Source: Octopus vulgaris (Eukaryota). Taken from it: 64,000 nucleotides of DNA. Numbering within the stretch: position 1 is the stretch's first letter; each line of letters opens with the position of its first letter. The notes under the pieces were generated by a model. That model searched no databases, was not told the DNA's origin, and saw only the letters and a list, made by a program, of their open reading frames with translations. The stretch is taken from the NCBI GenBank assembly GCA_951406725.2, contig OX597833.1, positions 21,514,001-21,578,000 on the forward strand. Direction: 5' to 3'. Positions 27,574-42,084 of this stretch are shown here, in pieces. The translations under genes were made by a program, and so were the position numbers.

Positions 27574-27991
27574 TAAGGCGGCGAGCTGGCAGAAACGTTA
27601 GCGCGCTGGGCATAATGCTTAGCGGTATTTCATCTGCCGCTACGTTCTGAGTTCAAATTCCGCCGAGGTCGACTTTGCCTTTCATCCTTTCGGGGTCGAT
27701 AAATTAAGTACCAGTTACGCACTGGGGTCGATATAATCGACTTAATCCGTTTGTCTGTTCTTGTTTGTCCTCTCTGTGTTTAGCCCCTTGTGGGTAGTAA
27801 AGAAATAGGTATTTCGTCTGCAGCTATGTTCTGAGTTCAAATTCCGCCGAGGTCGACTTTGCCTTTCATCCTTTCGAGGTCGATAAATTAAGTACCAGTT
27901 ACGCACTGGGGTTGGTGTAATCGACTTAATCACTTTGTCTGTCTTTGTTTGTCCCCTCTATGTTTAGCTCCTTGTGGGCAATAAAGAAATA
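27574..27991 (+). mobile_element. Dimeric SINE family A
   Basis: Head GGCGGCGAGCTGGCAGAAACGTTAG, B box GAGTTCAAATTCC and two bodies, all inside a perfect 16-bp TSD CATCAAACTCTAACAA (27558-27573/27992-28007). Confidence 0.88.
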
Positions 27992-28549
27992 CATCAAACT
28001 CTAACAAGAGAGTAACTGCAACGCATCCATAGGAGTGGCGTCCATGGTTGTGTAATCAGCCAATGAAAGACTCGCTATGACTCCCGTTCCATATTCAAAT
28101 TCACAATAATGGAAGTGGAAGCTAAGTCGATTAGAACTTATTTTATCGACCCCAAAAGGAATGAAAGGCAAAGTTGACCTCGGCGGATTTTGAACTCAGA
28201 GCATAAAGAGCTGGAAGAAAAACCACTTAGCGTTTTATCCCGCATGCTAACGGTGCTGCCAGCTCACCGACTATAAATCCAACTCTGTTGGACTTTATTT
28301 TGTGGACCCCGAAAGGAATGAAAGGCAAGGTTGACCTCGGCGGATTTTGAACTCAGAACATAAAGAACTGGAAGAAAAACCACTTTAGCGTTTTGTCCCG
28401 CATGCTAACGGTGCTGCCAGCTCACCGACTTTAATATCATTATCTAATAATATTATCAGATACAATTTTATCAATAAATCAAACATAATATTGATTTTTA
28501 ATGGTTTTAATTTTTTATTGAGATTTTATATGAATTTAATATGGCCTTT

Positions 28550-29527
28550 TTATCTTTTATCCTTTAATTGCTTCTGTATCTGGATTGTGGCCATGCTGGA
28601 GCACCGCCTTCAAGAATTTTAGCTTCGACACCAATACCTATTTTTTAAAGTCTGTTATTTACTTTAACGATCCTTTAAGTGACCAAGGTGTAAACAAACC
28701 AACACCAGTTGTCGGGCATTGGGGACAGAAACACAAACATAAAGACACATGCACAAAAACACACATGTATGTGTGTTTGTATGTATGTATGTATGTATGT
28801 ATGTATGTATGTATGTATGTATGTATGTATGTATGTATGTATGTATGCATGTGTGTATGTATGTGTGTATGTATGTATTATGTATGTATGTATGTATGTA
28901 TTATGTATGTATGTATGCATGTATGTAAGTATGTGTGTGTGTATGTATGTATGTATGTATGTGTGTATGTATGTATGTATGTGTATGTATTATGTATGTA
29001 TGTATGTATGTATGTATGTATGTGTATGTATGTATTATGTATGTATGTATGTATGTATGTATGTGTGTGTATGTATGTATGTATGTATTATGTATGTATG
29101 TGTGTGTGTATGTATGTATGTATGTATGTATGTATGTATGTATGTATGTATGTATGTATGTATGTATGTATTATGTATGTATGCATGTGTGTGTATGTGT
29201 GTATGTATGTATGTATGTATGTATGTATGTATTGTATGTATGTATGTATGTATGTATGTATGTATGTATGTATGTATGTATGTATGTATGTATGTATGTA
29301 TGTATGTATGTATGTATGTATGTATGTATGTATGCATGTATGTATGCATATATCAACATGTATCAACAGGCTTCTTTCAGTTTTCTGTCTACCAAATCCA
29401 CTTTCAAATCTTTGGTCTGCCCGAGGCTATAGTAGAAGACACTTGCCCAAGGTGCCACGCAATGGGACTGAACCCAAGATCACATGGTTGGGAAGCAAAC
29501 TTCTAACCACACAGCCACGCCTGCGCT
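28550..29527 (-). mobile_element. SINE family B with ~580-bp internal (TATG)n expansion
   Basis: Tail at 28550-28740 and head at 29370-29527, with the microsatellite between them at its usual internal position. Confidence 0.75.
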
Positions 29528-30309
29528 TATTACGTTAATATTCTTAATTATTAATTCGATTTTCGTTTGTTTTGCATTTTTTCTCCCCTTTTTTTTTTGT
29601 TTCCAAAAAGATGTACTTGAAAGATTATTGAATTAAATTTCTTGATTCTTAATTTGAGAAAATTATTAGGTGTTTATGATCAGAGATAAAAAAGAAAGTG
29701 TGAAACGATCGGTTTATCAAAGAATTACGCCCCTTTGACATTAACGCCTCAGCTGTTTAAGGCAAGATTAAAAGTAAAGAACCAAATGCCGTTGAGGTGG
29801 AGGTCATCAATTTGCAAAAAAAAGTTACTGATGAGAATGAAAGCATTGGAGCATGAAGACTAACGAGACACTTTAGTGAAATAGAAAAATGAATGAAGAA
29901 GACTCGTGGGAGACGGAAGAGTGGGATAGATAGACAAAATGATTCCTTCTGCGACAAAATAAAGAAGCTTGAAAAGAAATAAAACCGATAGAAAGCATGC
30001 AAGAAAGGGAGAGCATAAATTAAATGGGAGGTGGTAGGTGGTGGTGGTGGTGGTGGTGGTGGTGGTGGTGGTGGTTTTGGTTGTCGTCGTCGTCGTTGTC
30101 GTCGTCGTCGTTGTCGTCGTGGGTAGAATTAAAAATGGAAGAAAAGAAAGCAAATGAAAGAAGCAATGAAAAAACAAAAATGGAAACGAAGGAAAAATTA
30201 AAGAAAAAGAAAGAGACAAAGGCTGAAATAAAAGTAAGACAAAATAGAAAGAACTTAGTAGAGAGAGAGAGAAAGGGAGAGAGAGGTGAAGATAGATAGA
30301 GAGGGAGGA

Positions 30310-30382
<73 letters not shown>

Positions 30383-30396
30383 GAGGGAGGGATGAT

Positions 30397-30451
<55 letters not shown>

Positions 30452-30489
30452 GGAGGGAGACAGACAGACAGATAGACAGACAGACAAAC

Positions 30490-30525
<36 letters not shown>

Positions 30526-30839
30526 GGACGGACGGACGGACAGATAGACGGACGGACGGATAGACAGACGGACAGATGGACAGACAAACAGACAGAGAGA
30601 GAGAGAGAGAGAGATGGGAGATTGGCTAACCGGAGAGAGGGGTTGGTGAAGGAGGATGTGGTTACTGGATTTGGGAATGGTTTCAGGATGGTCGTATGAC
30701 GAACAGAGACGCAAGATGAAAAACAAAGAAAAAAGAAACGATAAAACTGATTGTAAGCAAACAGAAAGAGAAAGAGAAGAGATATTAGTTGGTAGTTGAG
30801 TGATAATCTGATTCATCTTGTGCTTCAAGACTGACCGAA

Positions 30840-30906
30840 TTACCACTACAACTAATAATACTACTACTACTACTACTATTACTACTACTACTACTACTAC
30901 TACTAC

Positions 30907-30949
<43 letters not shown>

Positions 30950-31051
30950 GATGATGATGATGATGATGATGATGATGACGACGATGATTATGACGACGAC
31001 GATGATAACGACGACGACGACGTTGGTGGTGGTGGTGGTGGTGGTGGTGGT

Positions 31052-31103
<52 letters not shown>

Positions 31104-31104
31104 T
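30840..31104. repeat. Compound trinucleotide array (ACT)(AAT)(GAT)(GAC)(GGT)(GGC)
   Basis: Seen directly in the sequence. Confidence 0.95.
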
Positions 31105-31223
31105 GGCGGCGGCAGAGCGATGGCGGCGGCAGAGCGATGGCGGCGGCAGAGCGATGGCGGCGGCAGAGCGATGGCGGCGGCAGAGCGATGGCGGCGGCAG
31201 AGCGATGGCGGCGGCAGAGCGAT
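31105..31223. repeat. 17-bp minisatellite (GGCGGCGGCAGAGCGAT) x7
   Basis: Seen directly in the sequence. Confidence 0.9.
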
Positions 31224-31656
31224 GGCGGCGGCGGTGGCAGCGGCGGTGGCGGCGGTGGCAGCGGCGGTGGCGGCGGTGGTGTCGATGGCGGTGGTGTCGA
31301 CGGCGGTGATGCTGGTGTTGGGAACTGGAAGCCGCTCTCAGATCATCTTGTGCTGTGTCATGATGATTGGTGAAAACATGACGCAGAAGATAACATCCGG
31401 GTTAAGTACAACAGCTGACGCCACCTGTCAGTGCGTTACCGTTTGTGCTTGAAATTTCCTCTTGTGCTATCGAAAATAGACTTTTCTCTGATGTATGCAC
31501 TGTCCATGACCAATCATCGTAGAATAGAAAGTGAGCTTGCGATCAATTGAGCTCCCGGGAATCTGGTTTCGATTCCCAGTAGTAGACAATTTTCATTCTA
31601 CTTTTCTTCTTTCGTCGCTAACTTAATGTCGGTGTGGAAAGGACATAGATATCCTA

Positions 31657-32740
31657 TAGGAGCAGGCGTTGATGTGCGGTAAGAAGTTTGCTCCCCGGCG
31701 AGCTGGCGGCGAGCTGGCGGCGAGCTGGCGGCGAGCTGGCAGAAACGTTAGCACGTCGGGCGAAATGCTTAGCGGTATTTCGTCTGCCGTTACGTTCTGA
31801 GTTCAAATTCCACCGAGGTCGACTTTGCCTTTCATCCTTTCGGGGTCGATAAATTAAGTACCAGTTACGCACCGGGGTCGATATAATCGCCTTAATCCCT
31901 TTGTCTGTCCTTGCTTGTCCTCTCTATGTTTAGCCCCTTGTGGGCAATAAAGAAATAAGAAACGTTAGCACGCCGGGCGAAATGCTTAGCGGTATTTCGT
32001 CTGCGGCTACGTTCTGAGTTCAAATTCCGCCGAGGTCGACTCTGCCTTTCATCCTTTCGGTGTCAATTAAATAATTACCAGTTACGCACTGGGGTCCATA
32101 TAATCGACTTAATCTGTTTGTCTGTCCTTATTTGTCTTCTCTGTGTTTAGCCCCATGTGGGTAGTAAAGAAATAGGTATTTCGTCTGCCGTTATGTTCTG
32201 AGTTCAAATTCCGCCGAGGTCGACTTTGCCTTTCATCCTTTCGGGGTCGATAAAATAAGTACCAGCTACGCACTGGGGTGGATATAATCGACTTAATCCG
32301 TTTGTCTGTCCTTGTTTGTCCCCTCTATGTTTAGTCCCTTGTGGGCAATAGAGAAATAAGAAGTTTGCTCCCCAACACATGGCTCCGGAATCAATCACAT
32401 AGCGTGGCACGTTGAGCAAGTGTCTTTTGCTATAGCTTCGGGCCGACCAAAACCTTGCAAGAGGTTTTCATAGACAAAAACTGAAAGAAGCCCTCGCGCG
32501 AGCGCGTGCGTGTGTGTATATCTGTCTGTTTCTGTGACTGTGCCTGTGTTTGCCCCTACCACCGCTTGACAACCGCTACTGGTGTGTTTACGCCCCCGTA
32601 ATAGGGGTTCGGCAAAAGAGACTGATACAGTAAGTCCCCAGCTTTAAAAAAAAAGCACTAGGGTCTTTTCATTCGACTAAAATCCTTCAAAGCGGTGCCC
32701 CAGCATGGCCGCAGTCCAATGACTGAAACAAGTAAAAGAT
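31657..32740 (+). mobile_element. SINE family B interrupted by a trimeric SINE A array (31697-32356)
   Basis: Perfect 17-bp TSD TAAGAAGTTTGCTCCCC at 31680-31696 and 32357-32373. Confidence 0.85.
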
Positions 32741-33469
32741 GAACGCTCACTGTTAAGATAGTCCATTTAAAGCTTACATCTTCTCTCATGCTGCCGCATT
32801 ACAGCTATCTCGCTACTTCTCTTCTTATGAACACTGAAATCTAAACATTGATAGGATCCTATGGTTTGGGCAAACATTAAAGATATTAAGCTTGGAATGC
32901 TTCTATAGAGCTTTGGTCCATCAGCTGCAGGAAAGAAGTGAATGTTCAATGGCGTATTGATTATTCTTATGTTTGAGTAAATGTAATCTAGACGGTGAAA
33001 ATGTTCAAATGTATTGCCTAGTGTTAGTGAAATCTTGAACGAGACTTCTTTTTCAATGCACTATCCTAGCACGTTTGAAATATAACAGTTTGAAAACTAG
33101 TTTTCAAGCAGTGTTTGAATCATCCATGTTTTCTTGTTTGAAAAATAGTAGAATGGTAGTGTGTTCTTAACGTTTTTAAAAGTAAGTGGGATTTCCGAAT
33201 AGAAAACCACGAAATGTTCTAAGTTTATATCAAGCTCCATTACTTCTCAATAGCAGAATTATTCGGTTCTTGAATTCAACATAAGGTAATATAAGTTTCG
33301 CCCCTCTTACTAATTCATTCCAAAGTTTTAATAAACTTCTCAGCTATTAAATACTTCAGCGCTTACTGCTTCTCTTCTCATTTAAATATTACGAATTCTA
33401 TTTCATTTTTTTAAATACTTGTGTATCCTAGTGGTTACTTATTGTAAAGAAGGTCATTTTTAATTTTTA

Positions 33470-34130
33470 GATCAACATTGGCTGGATTAAAAGATTGAAT
33501 GTTAAATCAAAGAACAAGGGAAAGATGCATATTTATTTATTTGCTTACTCATCACAAAGATCTTAAATTTTATGACCTTTGTGGTGAGTATATATCATGA
33601 ATAGTGCTATGTCATCCTTATTTGAAATTGTCAGTATGACACACTATGAGACAAATAAATTAAACTAAATTTAAAATGTTTACGGAGTGACACATTTCTT
33701 ATATACTTGAAAATAATTCCAGTTAAAAAGACATTCAAGGAATGTGTGCTTTTCTTTTATTTTCTTTCTTCCTTTTCTTTACAGATCATAATGCTGGCTT
33801 AAGTGTTGTCCTTGTATTGCTTTCCCAGTCGTTCTTTCAAAGTCTCGAAAATATTTCGAGATTTAGCTTGAATTTTTAGTAGTAGGCTTATGGTACACGT
33901 CTTCGTAACTGGTCGTCGATCCAAAGCAGCAAGAATTTTTCAATTTTGTACGTAGATGATTACAGTTTCTCTCTTATTACTGCATGGCTTCTGGACCTTT
34001 TATTACGTTTGAAACCTTTGCTTTGTCCTTAATGAGACGGCTACAAGTTACATTTACTTTTTCCTCTCCATGCTGGTTAATTATTTAAATTTTAATCTTT
34101 AAAATATAATGTTTTTCTCGGTTTCTTGTC
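33470..34130 (-). pseudogene. Highly decayed Tigger/pogo-like transposase remnant
   Basis: Minus-strand frames give LLLWIDDQLRRRVP / IQAKSRNIFETLKER (CENP-B-type HTH) and SLIQPM (DDE_1 motif), with many stops and frameshifts. Confidence 0.5.
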
Positions 34131-36497
34131 CAGTGTACTGGTAGATGGAAAAATCTTCCTTTTGTAGGACCTTTTCTAGATAGTAAATCCTCAGAAGCTT
34201 CGAAGGTTATTGCAATATAAGAAGTGCTGGGGTATAAATGATACTGAGAGGAAACACAATGGCAATGCTGATCAGAGAGACGCTTACGCGCGAGGTATTT
34301 GAATCAGTGCTAGATCATAATGAATGTCGAGAGAAAATGCGTGTACAAGCACGTAACCATGAATGGCTGTAAATCAAATGGAATCTATGCCAGAGAGTGT
34401 TTGTCTATCTTCTATCTTTTATCTTTTGCTTGTTTCAATCATTAAACTGCGGCCACGCTGAAGCAACACCTTGAAGAATTTTAGTCGAATGAATCCACCT
34501 CCTACTATACTCAAGGCTATAATAAAAGACACTCACCCAAGGTGCCACGCAGTGGGATGGAACCCGGAACCATGTGGTTGGGAAGCAAACTTCTTACCAC
34601 ACAACCCCGCCTACACTTTACTTAAACATGATATCATAGTTTCATGTGATGGTGTACGAAAGTGCTCAAGAAATCCATATCAAACATACGAAACGGAGGG
34701 GTGCAAAAGAGAAAAGGCTGAGATGGTCAGAAAGGGTTCGCTAGTCATAGGTTTGCTCAATTAGGGCAAAGCACATTCGAAATGAGATAATTCGAGAACG
34801 TAGCGGAGTGAATGGTGTAACCTCAGAGTACCGAAAGCAGAAGTTCCGCTGCGCCGGACATATCGCAAAATTCCCTGACAATAGGTGGACCCGTGCAGTT
34901 GTTTAATAATATCTAATAGTATCGGCGATGAGAAGACGATCTGGTCAAGCAATTTAGGTCAAGGTGGAGAAGGATGAAGTAATCAAGACAAAATTGGAAG
35001 CGGATTATGACCAGCGTTGTATAACAGCATCTGATGGCTTGGTCGATACTGTGATTCTGGGATATGTTATTATACACACTCATATTCAGATTTACCACCA
35101 TTACTGTCTCAAGCTGGCTGCGGCTAAATACATTTTATGACAAGAATGTATTGATTATCTTTATTGCTCTTGATTTATTTTCTTTTGTATGTATGTGAAG
35201 TGCACGGTTGTATCAAGATGTATTTGACAACCGAGTCTCGTATTTTTCTTTTCATTTCTTCGTCTTAAAATACACTGGTGTCTCTTGTATTATCATAAAT
35301 TGTTTGCTTATAATCTTTATTTGTATATATAAACGTACTATCGTAGCACTCATCAATAGTGACGGATATAGGGAAATCCAATATCGGTTTCAAATTTTGG
35401 CACAAGGCCAGCATTTTCCGGTGAGTGGGGTAAGTCGATTACATTGACCCCAGTGCTCAACTGGTACTTATTTTATCGATCTCGAAAGGATGAAAGGCAA
35501 AGTCAACCGCGGCAGAATTTTTTAAAACACAGAGCGCAAAGGCGGACGAAACACGGAGCATTTGTGTTGTAACATAAAATAGTAAACGAATTAAATGGGG
35601 GAAGTAAAATATATTGATAAATACATATAATAGCGATTTCGTTTCGTTTCGCCTGGCTCTGAAGTATATTATGTTCTTTTAACACTATACGTTTTTAAAA
35701 AAATTTTCCCGGACGAATAGCCGCAGCTTCTGACGTTTCAACTACACGTGTACATTAAGCATGAGATATTGATAAAGCGCGCGCACACACAAATATCACG
35801 CACACATTTACATAAGTATGTCTGTGCACACACACATACATATACGCACACATTTACATATATATGTGTGGATACACACGCACACACATACATACATATA
35901 CATACATGTACACATATATATAAACGTACTATCGTAGCATTCATCAATAGTGACGGATATGGGGAAGTCCAATAACGGTTTCAAATTTTGGCACAAGGCC
36001 AGCAATTTCCGGTGAGTGGGGTAAGTCGATTACATTGACCCCTGTGCTCAACCGGTACTTATTTTATCGACCACGAAAGGATGAAAGGCAAAGTCAACCA
36101 CGGCAGAATTTGTTTGAACACTGAACGTAAAGACGGGCGAAATACCGCGGAGTATTTTTACCCGTTGTGCCAACGACTCTGCCAGCTCTACCAGCTCGCA
36201 GCCTTAGGGAAGTCCAACACTGAGTTGATGTTTTACGTGTGCATAAAAGCAAAACACAGATTTTGATAGGATGAGAATATCGTGACTTTGCTGCAGGGAG
36301 TTATGGAAACCCCTGCTTGGTGATATTTTTCTTTTGTTTCTATGTATACCTACAATATCAACTCAACATTCGACTTTCTTGCATATTATGCATGGTTACA
36401 TCAACCAGTACTGAATCATCCGAAACAGCTGTAAAGATAAGACTTGGTTACATCATGTAACTTGTATATGCAACCTTTTATATAAATATATACCTTA

Positions 36498-36535
<38 letters not shown>

Positions 36536-37429
36536 TATAGAGGGTCAAATAAACACTTCATTGAGGTTAGTGTTGGTCTGCTTCGGTAAGACTTATATTA
36601 TGTAGTAAACCCGATAAAAGGAATACAGTAGACTTGCGTGATGAATGGAAAATCTAACGTTTCGGACAGAGTCCTTCTTCGGGGTAAAATTGAAGTAAGC
36701 GAAATTAATGAGAGACAACTGAGCTTTACATATTCTAAATTAAAAGACAAACAGGCTACAACATATTTGTGTATGCATGTGTGTGTGCTTGTGTGTTGGG
36801 TGTCGGTATATATGCATGTATATATGTATATAAGTATCTAAGCATGTATGTAGGTATATATATGTATGTACGCATGACACATACAATATATGTGTGTATG
36901 TATGTATGTACGTACGAATGTATTCGAGAGAGAAAGAGAGGGAACAAATTAATTTTCATTGACTTAAATCAAAAACTAAAGCAAGGAGCCTTTTTGTTTT
37001 TCCTTCTTAAATTCAGAACTTCTAAAGAAAAAATAATTCTATCTTTAACAAACATTTTTTCTGTGTTAACCAATATACTTACTCTTTCATACCCACACAA
37101 CAACAACAGCAGCAACAACAACAACAACAAATACACACCACAAAGACACTCAGTCACACACAACCACAACAAACACATAAATTTAGTCTCTCCATTAATT
37201 TAGAAATCACAGTCCATTTTATTTATATTTCATATTTCATTTCCTCCCGTTCTAATTTAAAAGACGTCCATGTTGAAATGGTGTTTGTATTTTATAGCTT
37301 CCGGTAATTTTATTAAGATTTATTGTATGATCGCTAATTAATAACTTAAATTTCTTGAGTTTTTTTTTTAAGAAGTGGAAGGCGTAGTACTTGTCTCTTT
37401 CTTACTTTTTTTCTGTGATTTATTAAGAT

Positions 37430-37909
<480 letters not shown>

Positions 37910-38295
37910 ATGTATGGAATTTTTGTATGTAATGTATTTCTATATACTCGCTTAATTAAAACAAATGAAATTGTTAAATTACATATTTCAGTATCTTATT
38001 TATTTATTGAAATGTTATTTTGCAGGGAAAATGTCGTTATAGCTTGTGCTTCTACTGCTAATGCGGCGGCCGCCGCTGCCGCCGCAATCGCCAGCCCCGC
38101 TGCTGACGTATATTGTTCCTGTCCTTGTTCTTGACGTCCTTTTTCTTGTTCTTGCTCTTGTTTTTGTTGTTGTTTGGCCCTGATCAAACAGATCGAAGAC
38201 AATCCGTGTTTTTATCGTTGTTCTTTATTGCTTTGTTTATTTATTATTTTTTTAAAACAATATATTTCTATGATTTCATTGTATAATTTGACCTA

Positions 38296-40005
38296 CTGTA
38301 AAACCTCGAGTATAGTCCACCCTTGAGTATAAGACGCAGGGGATTTTTAGAGGGGGGGGCTATACCTCTGAAAAACCTAAACCTTGTGTATAATACGCAC
38401 CCCTTCTCTAACTTGAGTCAAGGAGGTCTATATAAACTCCTTGGTTTGTAAAAATGTATACAGTAACGTCCTTTATTATTATTGTATGTATAACATTATG
38501 CAAACGTATAGCTTTTTTGTGCATTTTGTTTGCAGAAAATAAAGAAATAACAGTAATAGCGTCAGTGAAAAATAAATATTAAGTAAATTGCCTTTACATA
38601 TTTATCACTATCAGTTACAAAAGCAAAAGCAAACACATTTATTCAAATCCTTCAAATTCAACGTCACATTCAGCATCAAATAACTGTTCCATTTGTTCCT
38701 CCGTAAATATGTCAACATCATTGTAGTGCAAATCTCAGTCATCGTCAGATTCATAGTCAACATCAGAAGATTCACTTTCATTTATTTCATCTTTCCATAC
38801 AACGTCATCCTGAGTACTATCCAGTGCAGACGATATACAACATTTGATAAAACTTTTCACTATAATCTGGGGATCAAGTTCATTCCATGCATACACGATC
38901 CATTTGCATATCAAAGTCAGGTCGGGAGTGCGAACCCTTCTACCTTTAGTGAATGACTTTTTTTCCAGTCGACATCCATTCAGTCCATAAATCACGCAAT
39001 TTGTTTTTAATCGGTTTGTCAATAGAGACATCTAATGGCTGCAATATGGAGGTCATACCCCCTGGAATGATAGCAACATCTGTTGTTTTGTGACATTTTT
39101 TTTTTAAATGCTTTAGTTTATCTTCACTTCTGTGGCATCTAAAAGCATCTAGTACAAGCAAGCTGTTGTGCTGTTTAATTGCTCCACCAGGACGATTTCC
39201 CTATACAGTGTCAATCCAATCCCTAAATAACTCATCATCCATCCAGCCTTTTTGTTGATATCTAACATTAAACCCTGTTGGAAATTCCACGATTTTGGGT
39301 GCTGTTTTACTTTTGAATATTATTATATAAGGTTTAAGTTTGATACCGTCAGCCATACAAGCTAACATGACGGTAAAACGACTTTTTTCATGGCCCGTGG
39401 TTTTAATTGTAATTGACAATGTACCACTGAAATCTATTGTGCTATCTGCAGGCATATCAAAAGTTAATGGGGTCTGGTCCGCATTACCAATCAAGGACAA
39501 TGGGTAATCCTTTTCCCGTTGCATTTTAATAATAAATTTTTGAAAGTTCATTAGCTTCACTTCAATATCAGCTGGTAACTTTTGTGAAATGTGGGTTCGC
39601 CTCCTAATTGACAAGTCATGCCTTGACAGAAAGTTACTGGCCCAGCTACGTGATGCTTTAAATTCTGACTCATTAAGTTTTATCTTTTTAGCAATGAGTT
39701 TTGCCTGTAGCATCAAATGTACTGCATTAATGGCTATTCCACTAAGTCTTCTTTTCTCTACCCATTCAAGCAAAATTTTTTGAAGCTCAGGATGTTTGGC
39801 TTTTCCCCACTTCTTGCCTTCTTTATCTTTGGCATCTGTTTAATTTCACCTTTATTTCTTCTCCATAACCTGACATTGCTTTCGTCAACATCAAATTTTC
39901 TTCCGGCGGCCCTATTACCATGCTCTTCAGCATATGATGCAACTTCAAGTTTAAACATAGCTGAATAAGATCTACGAGGCATTTTATGGGCATGTAATGT
40001 ATAAA
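38296..40005 (-). mobile_element. pogo-superfamily DNA transposon, one end truncated
   Basis: TA followed by TIR CTGTAAAACCTCGAGTATA at 38296. No matching TIR is seen at the other end, where an unrelated repeat begins at about 40010. Confidence 0.85.
38639..39982 (-). pseudogene. Frameshifted pogo transposase (Brinker-type DBD, CENP-B HTH, DDE_1)
   Basis: The motifs RRSYSAMFKLEVASYAEEHGNRAAGRKF, FKASRSWASNFLSRH, NADQTPLTFD, LVLDAFRCH and GGMTSILQPLDVS are split across 4 ORFs, followed by an acidic tail ending FEGFE*. Confidence 0.88.
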
Positions 40006-40155
40006 ATGGTGGCGTGGATTTCCACCTCGGCATCCGAAACCCGGAGTTTTATCATGGCTACCGAATAATTGTCACATATTACATTTACAGATAAATTCTT
40101 CTATTTACATAATATCGAGGTCTCTTTCATTCTTTTGTTGTCTTACCATTTTTAT

Positions 40156-40192
<37 letters not shown>

Positions 40193-40223
40193 ATATATAT
40201 ATATATATATATATATATGCATA

Positions 40224-40319
<96 letters not shown>

Positions 40320-40450
40320 TGTGTGTATGCATGTGTGTCTGTGTGTGTGTAGATATATATATTATGAAAATACGTATATGTATGTATACATACAAATATA
40401 TATAGAGAGAGATATAGATACATACATATATATATTATACACACGTGTGT

Positions 40451-40507
<57 letters not shown>

Positions 40508-40535
40508 TGCGTGCGTTGGTGCGTGCGTGCGTGCG

Positions 40536-40619
<84 letters not shown>

Positions 40620-41022
40620 AAGAGAGAGAGAGATGTAAATTTACGGGAATGTATAGTATTTCAACCAGCAATTATGATCTCCTGACTGTAATTTGCAGAA
40701 ACACATGTATGTCTTATAAACCATAAAATACCATATGTTTTCTGTATTTCATTAATACAATACATGTATGCCTACATGTGTACACATGTGTGTGTGTGTA
40801 TGTGTGTGAGTGTTTACGCTTGTGTGTTCGCGATTATTTTACTGTTAGTTTTGCAGCTTCTGTTAGTTGCAATTGTTTTTCATGTTTTTTTGTTTTTCTG
40901 TAGTTTTCATATGTGTGTGTGTGAGTGTGTGTGTGTGTGTGTATATGTGTGTGTGTATGTATTACTTTATTTATTTGATTTTGAGATATATATATCTCTT
41001 GTGCGCATACGATGAAACTGTA

Positions 41023-41089
<67 letters not shown>

Positions 41090-41455
41090 ATATATATAAC
41101 AAAACCAGAGAGATTGCTTATAGAATATTTTTACACCAGCTTACGTGCGTTTCATGAACAAAAATGATTATTAGTTATACAATTTGAATTCTATAAGCAA
41201 ATTATAATGTCAAACCTTCAGAGATGCATAACTTTTACTGAGATGTTAATAGATTATGGACAATGTTGCCATCACTGGCTAATTCTTGTTTTCTTGTAAC
41301 GGAATATTACGAAAGTTAAATTAAATTTATTTCAATTTTTCTTTCCATTTTATTCTGCATGAAAAGGGTGTCTTAAACGACCGAAACTTGTGCGTATTTC
41401 TTTTCTATTTTCCAAGATAAATTTCTCTATGCATTTTCGTCTTCTTCTTCTTACT

Positions 41456-41503
<48 letters not shown>

Positions 41504-41634
41504 GTGATACTTATATACTTACAGGTCTTCCTGTCAGACATTTGGGAATAGACGTGGAGTCCTAAACACTGGTTATTTGTATTTCAATTTCAATTTTAAA
41601 TCTCGCTAATAATAATAATAATAATAATAATTTG

Positions 41635-42075
41635 TTTTTTTACTACCCACAAGGGGCTAAACACAGAGGGGACAAACAAGGACAGACAAACGGATTAAGT
41701 CGATTATATTGACCCCAGTGCGTAACTGGTACTTAATTTATCGACCCCGAAAGGATGAAAGGGAATGTCGACCTCGGCGGAATTTGAACTCAGAACATAA
41801 CGGCAGCCGAAATACGGCTACGCATTTCGCCCGGCGTGCTAACATTTCTGCTAAATGATAATAATAATCCTTTCCACTAAAGGCTAAAGGCCTGAAAATT
41901 CTGGGGACTAGTCGATTATATTGACCCCAGTGTTTCACTGGTATCTAATTTATTGTCCCCGAAAATATGAGAGGCAAAGTCGACCTAGGCGAAATTTGAA
42001 CTCAGAACGTAGCGACGGGCGAAATACCGTTAAGCATACCGTCCAGCGTGCTAACGATTTTTGCCAGCTCGCCCA
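41635..42075 (-). mobile_element. Two SINE family A copies
   Basis: Reverse complement of the family A body and head. Confidence 0.8.
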
Positions 42076-42084
42076 CACCACCCA

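Noticed and set aside
29860-31452. 328-aa ORF and Gly/Arg-rich ORFs
   Set aside because: They are derived from simple repeats.
39201-39773. Possible domesticated POGK-like gene
   Set aside because: Multiple frameshifts, a stop codon and a retained TIR indicate a dead transposon.
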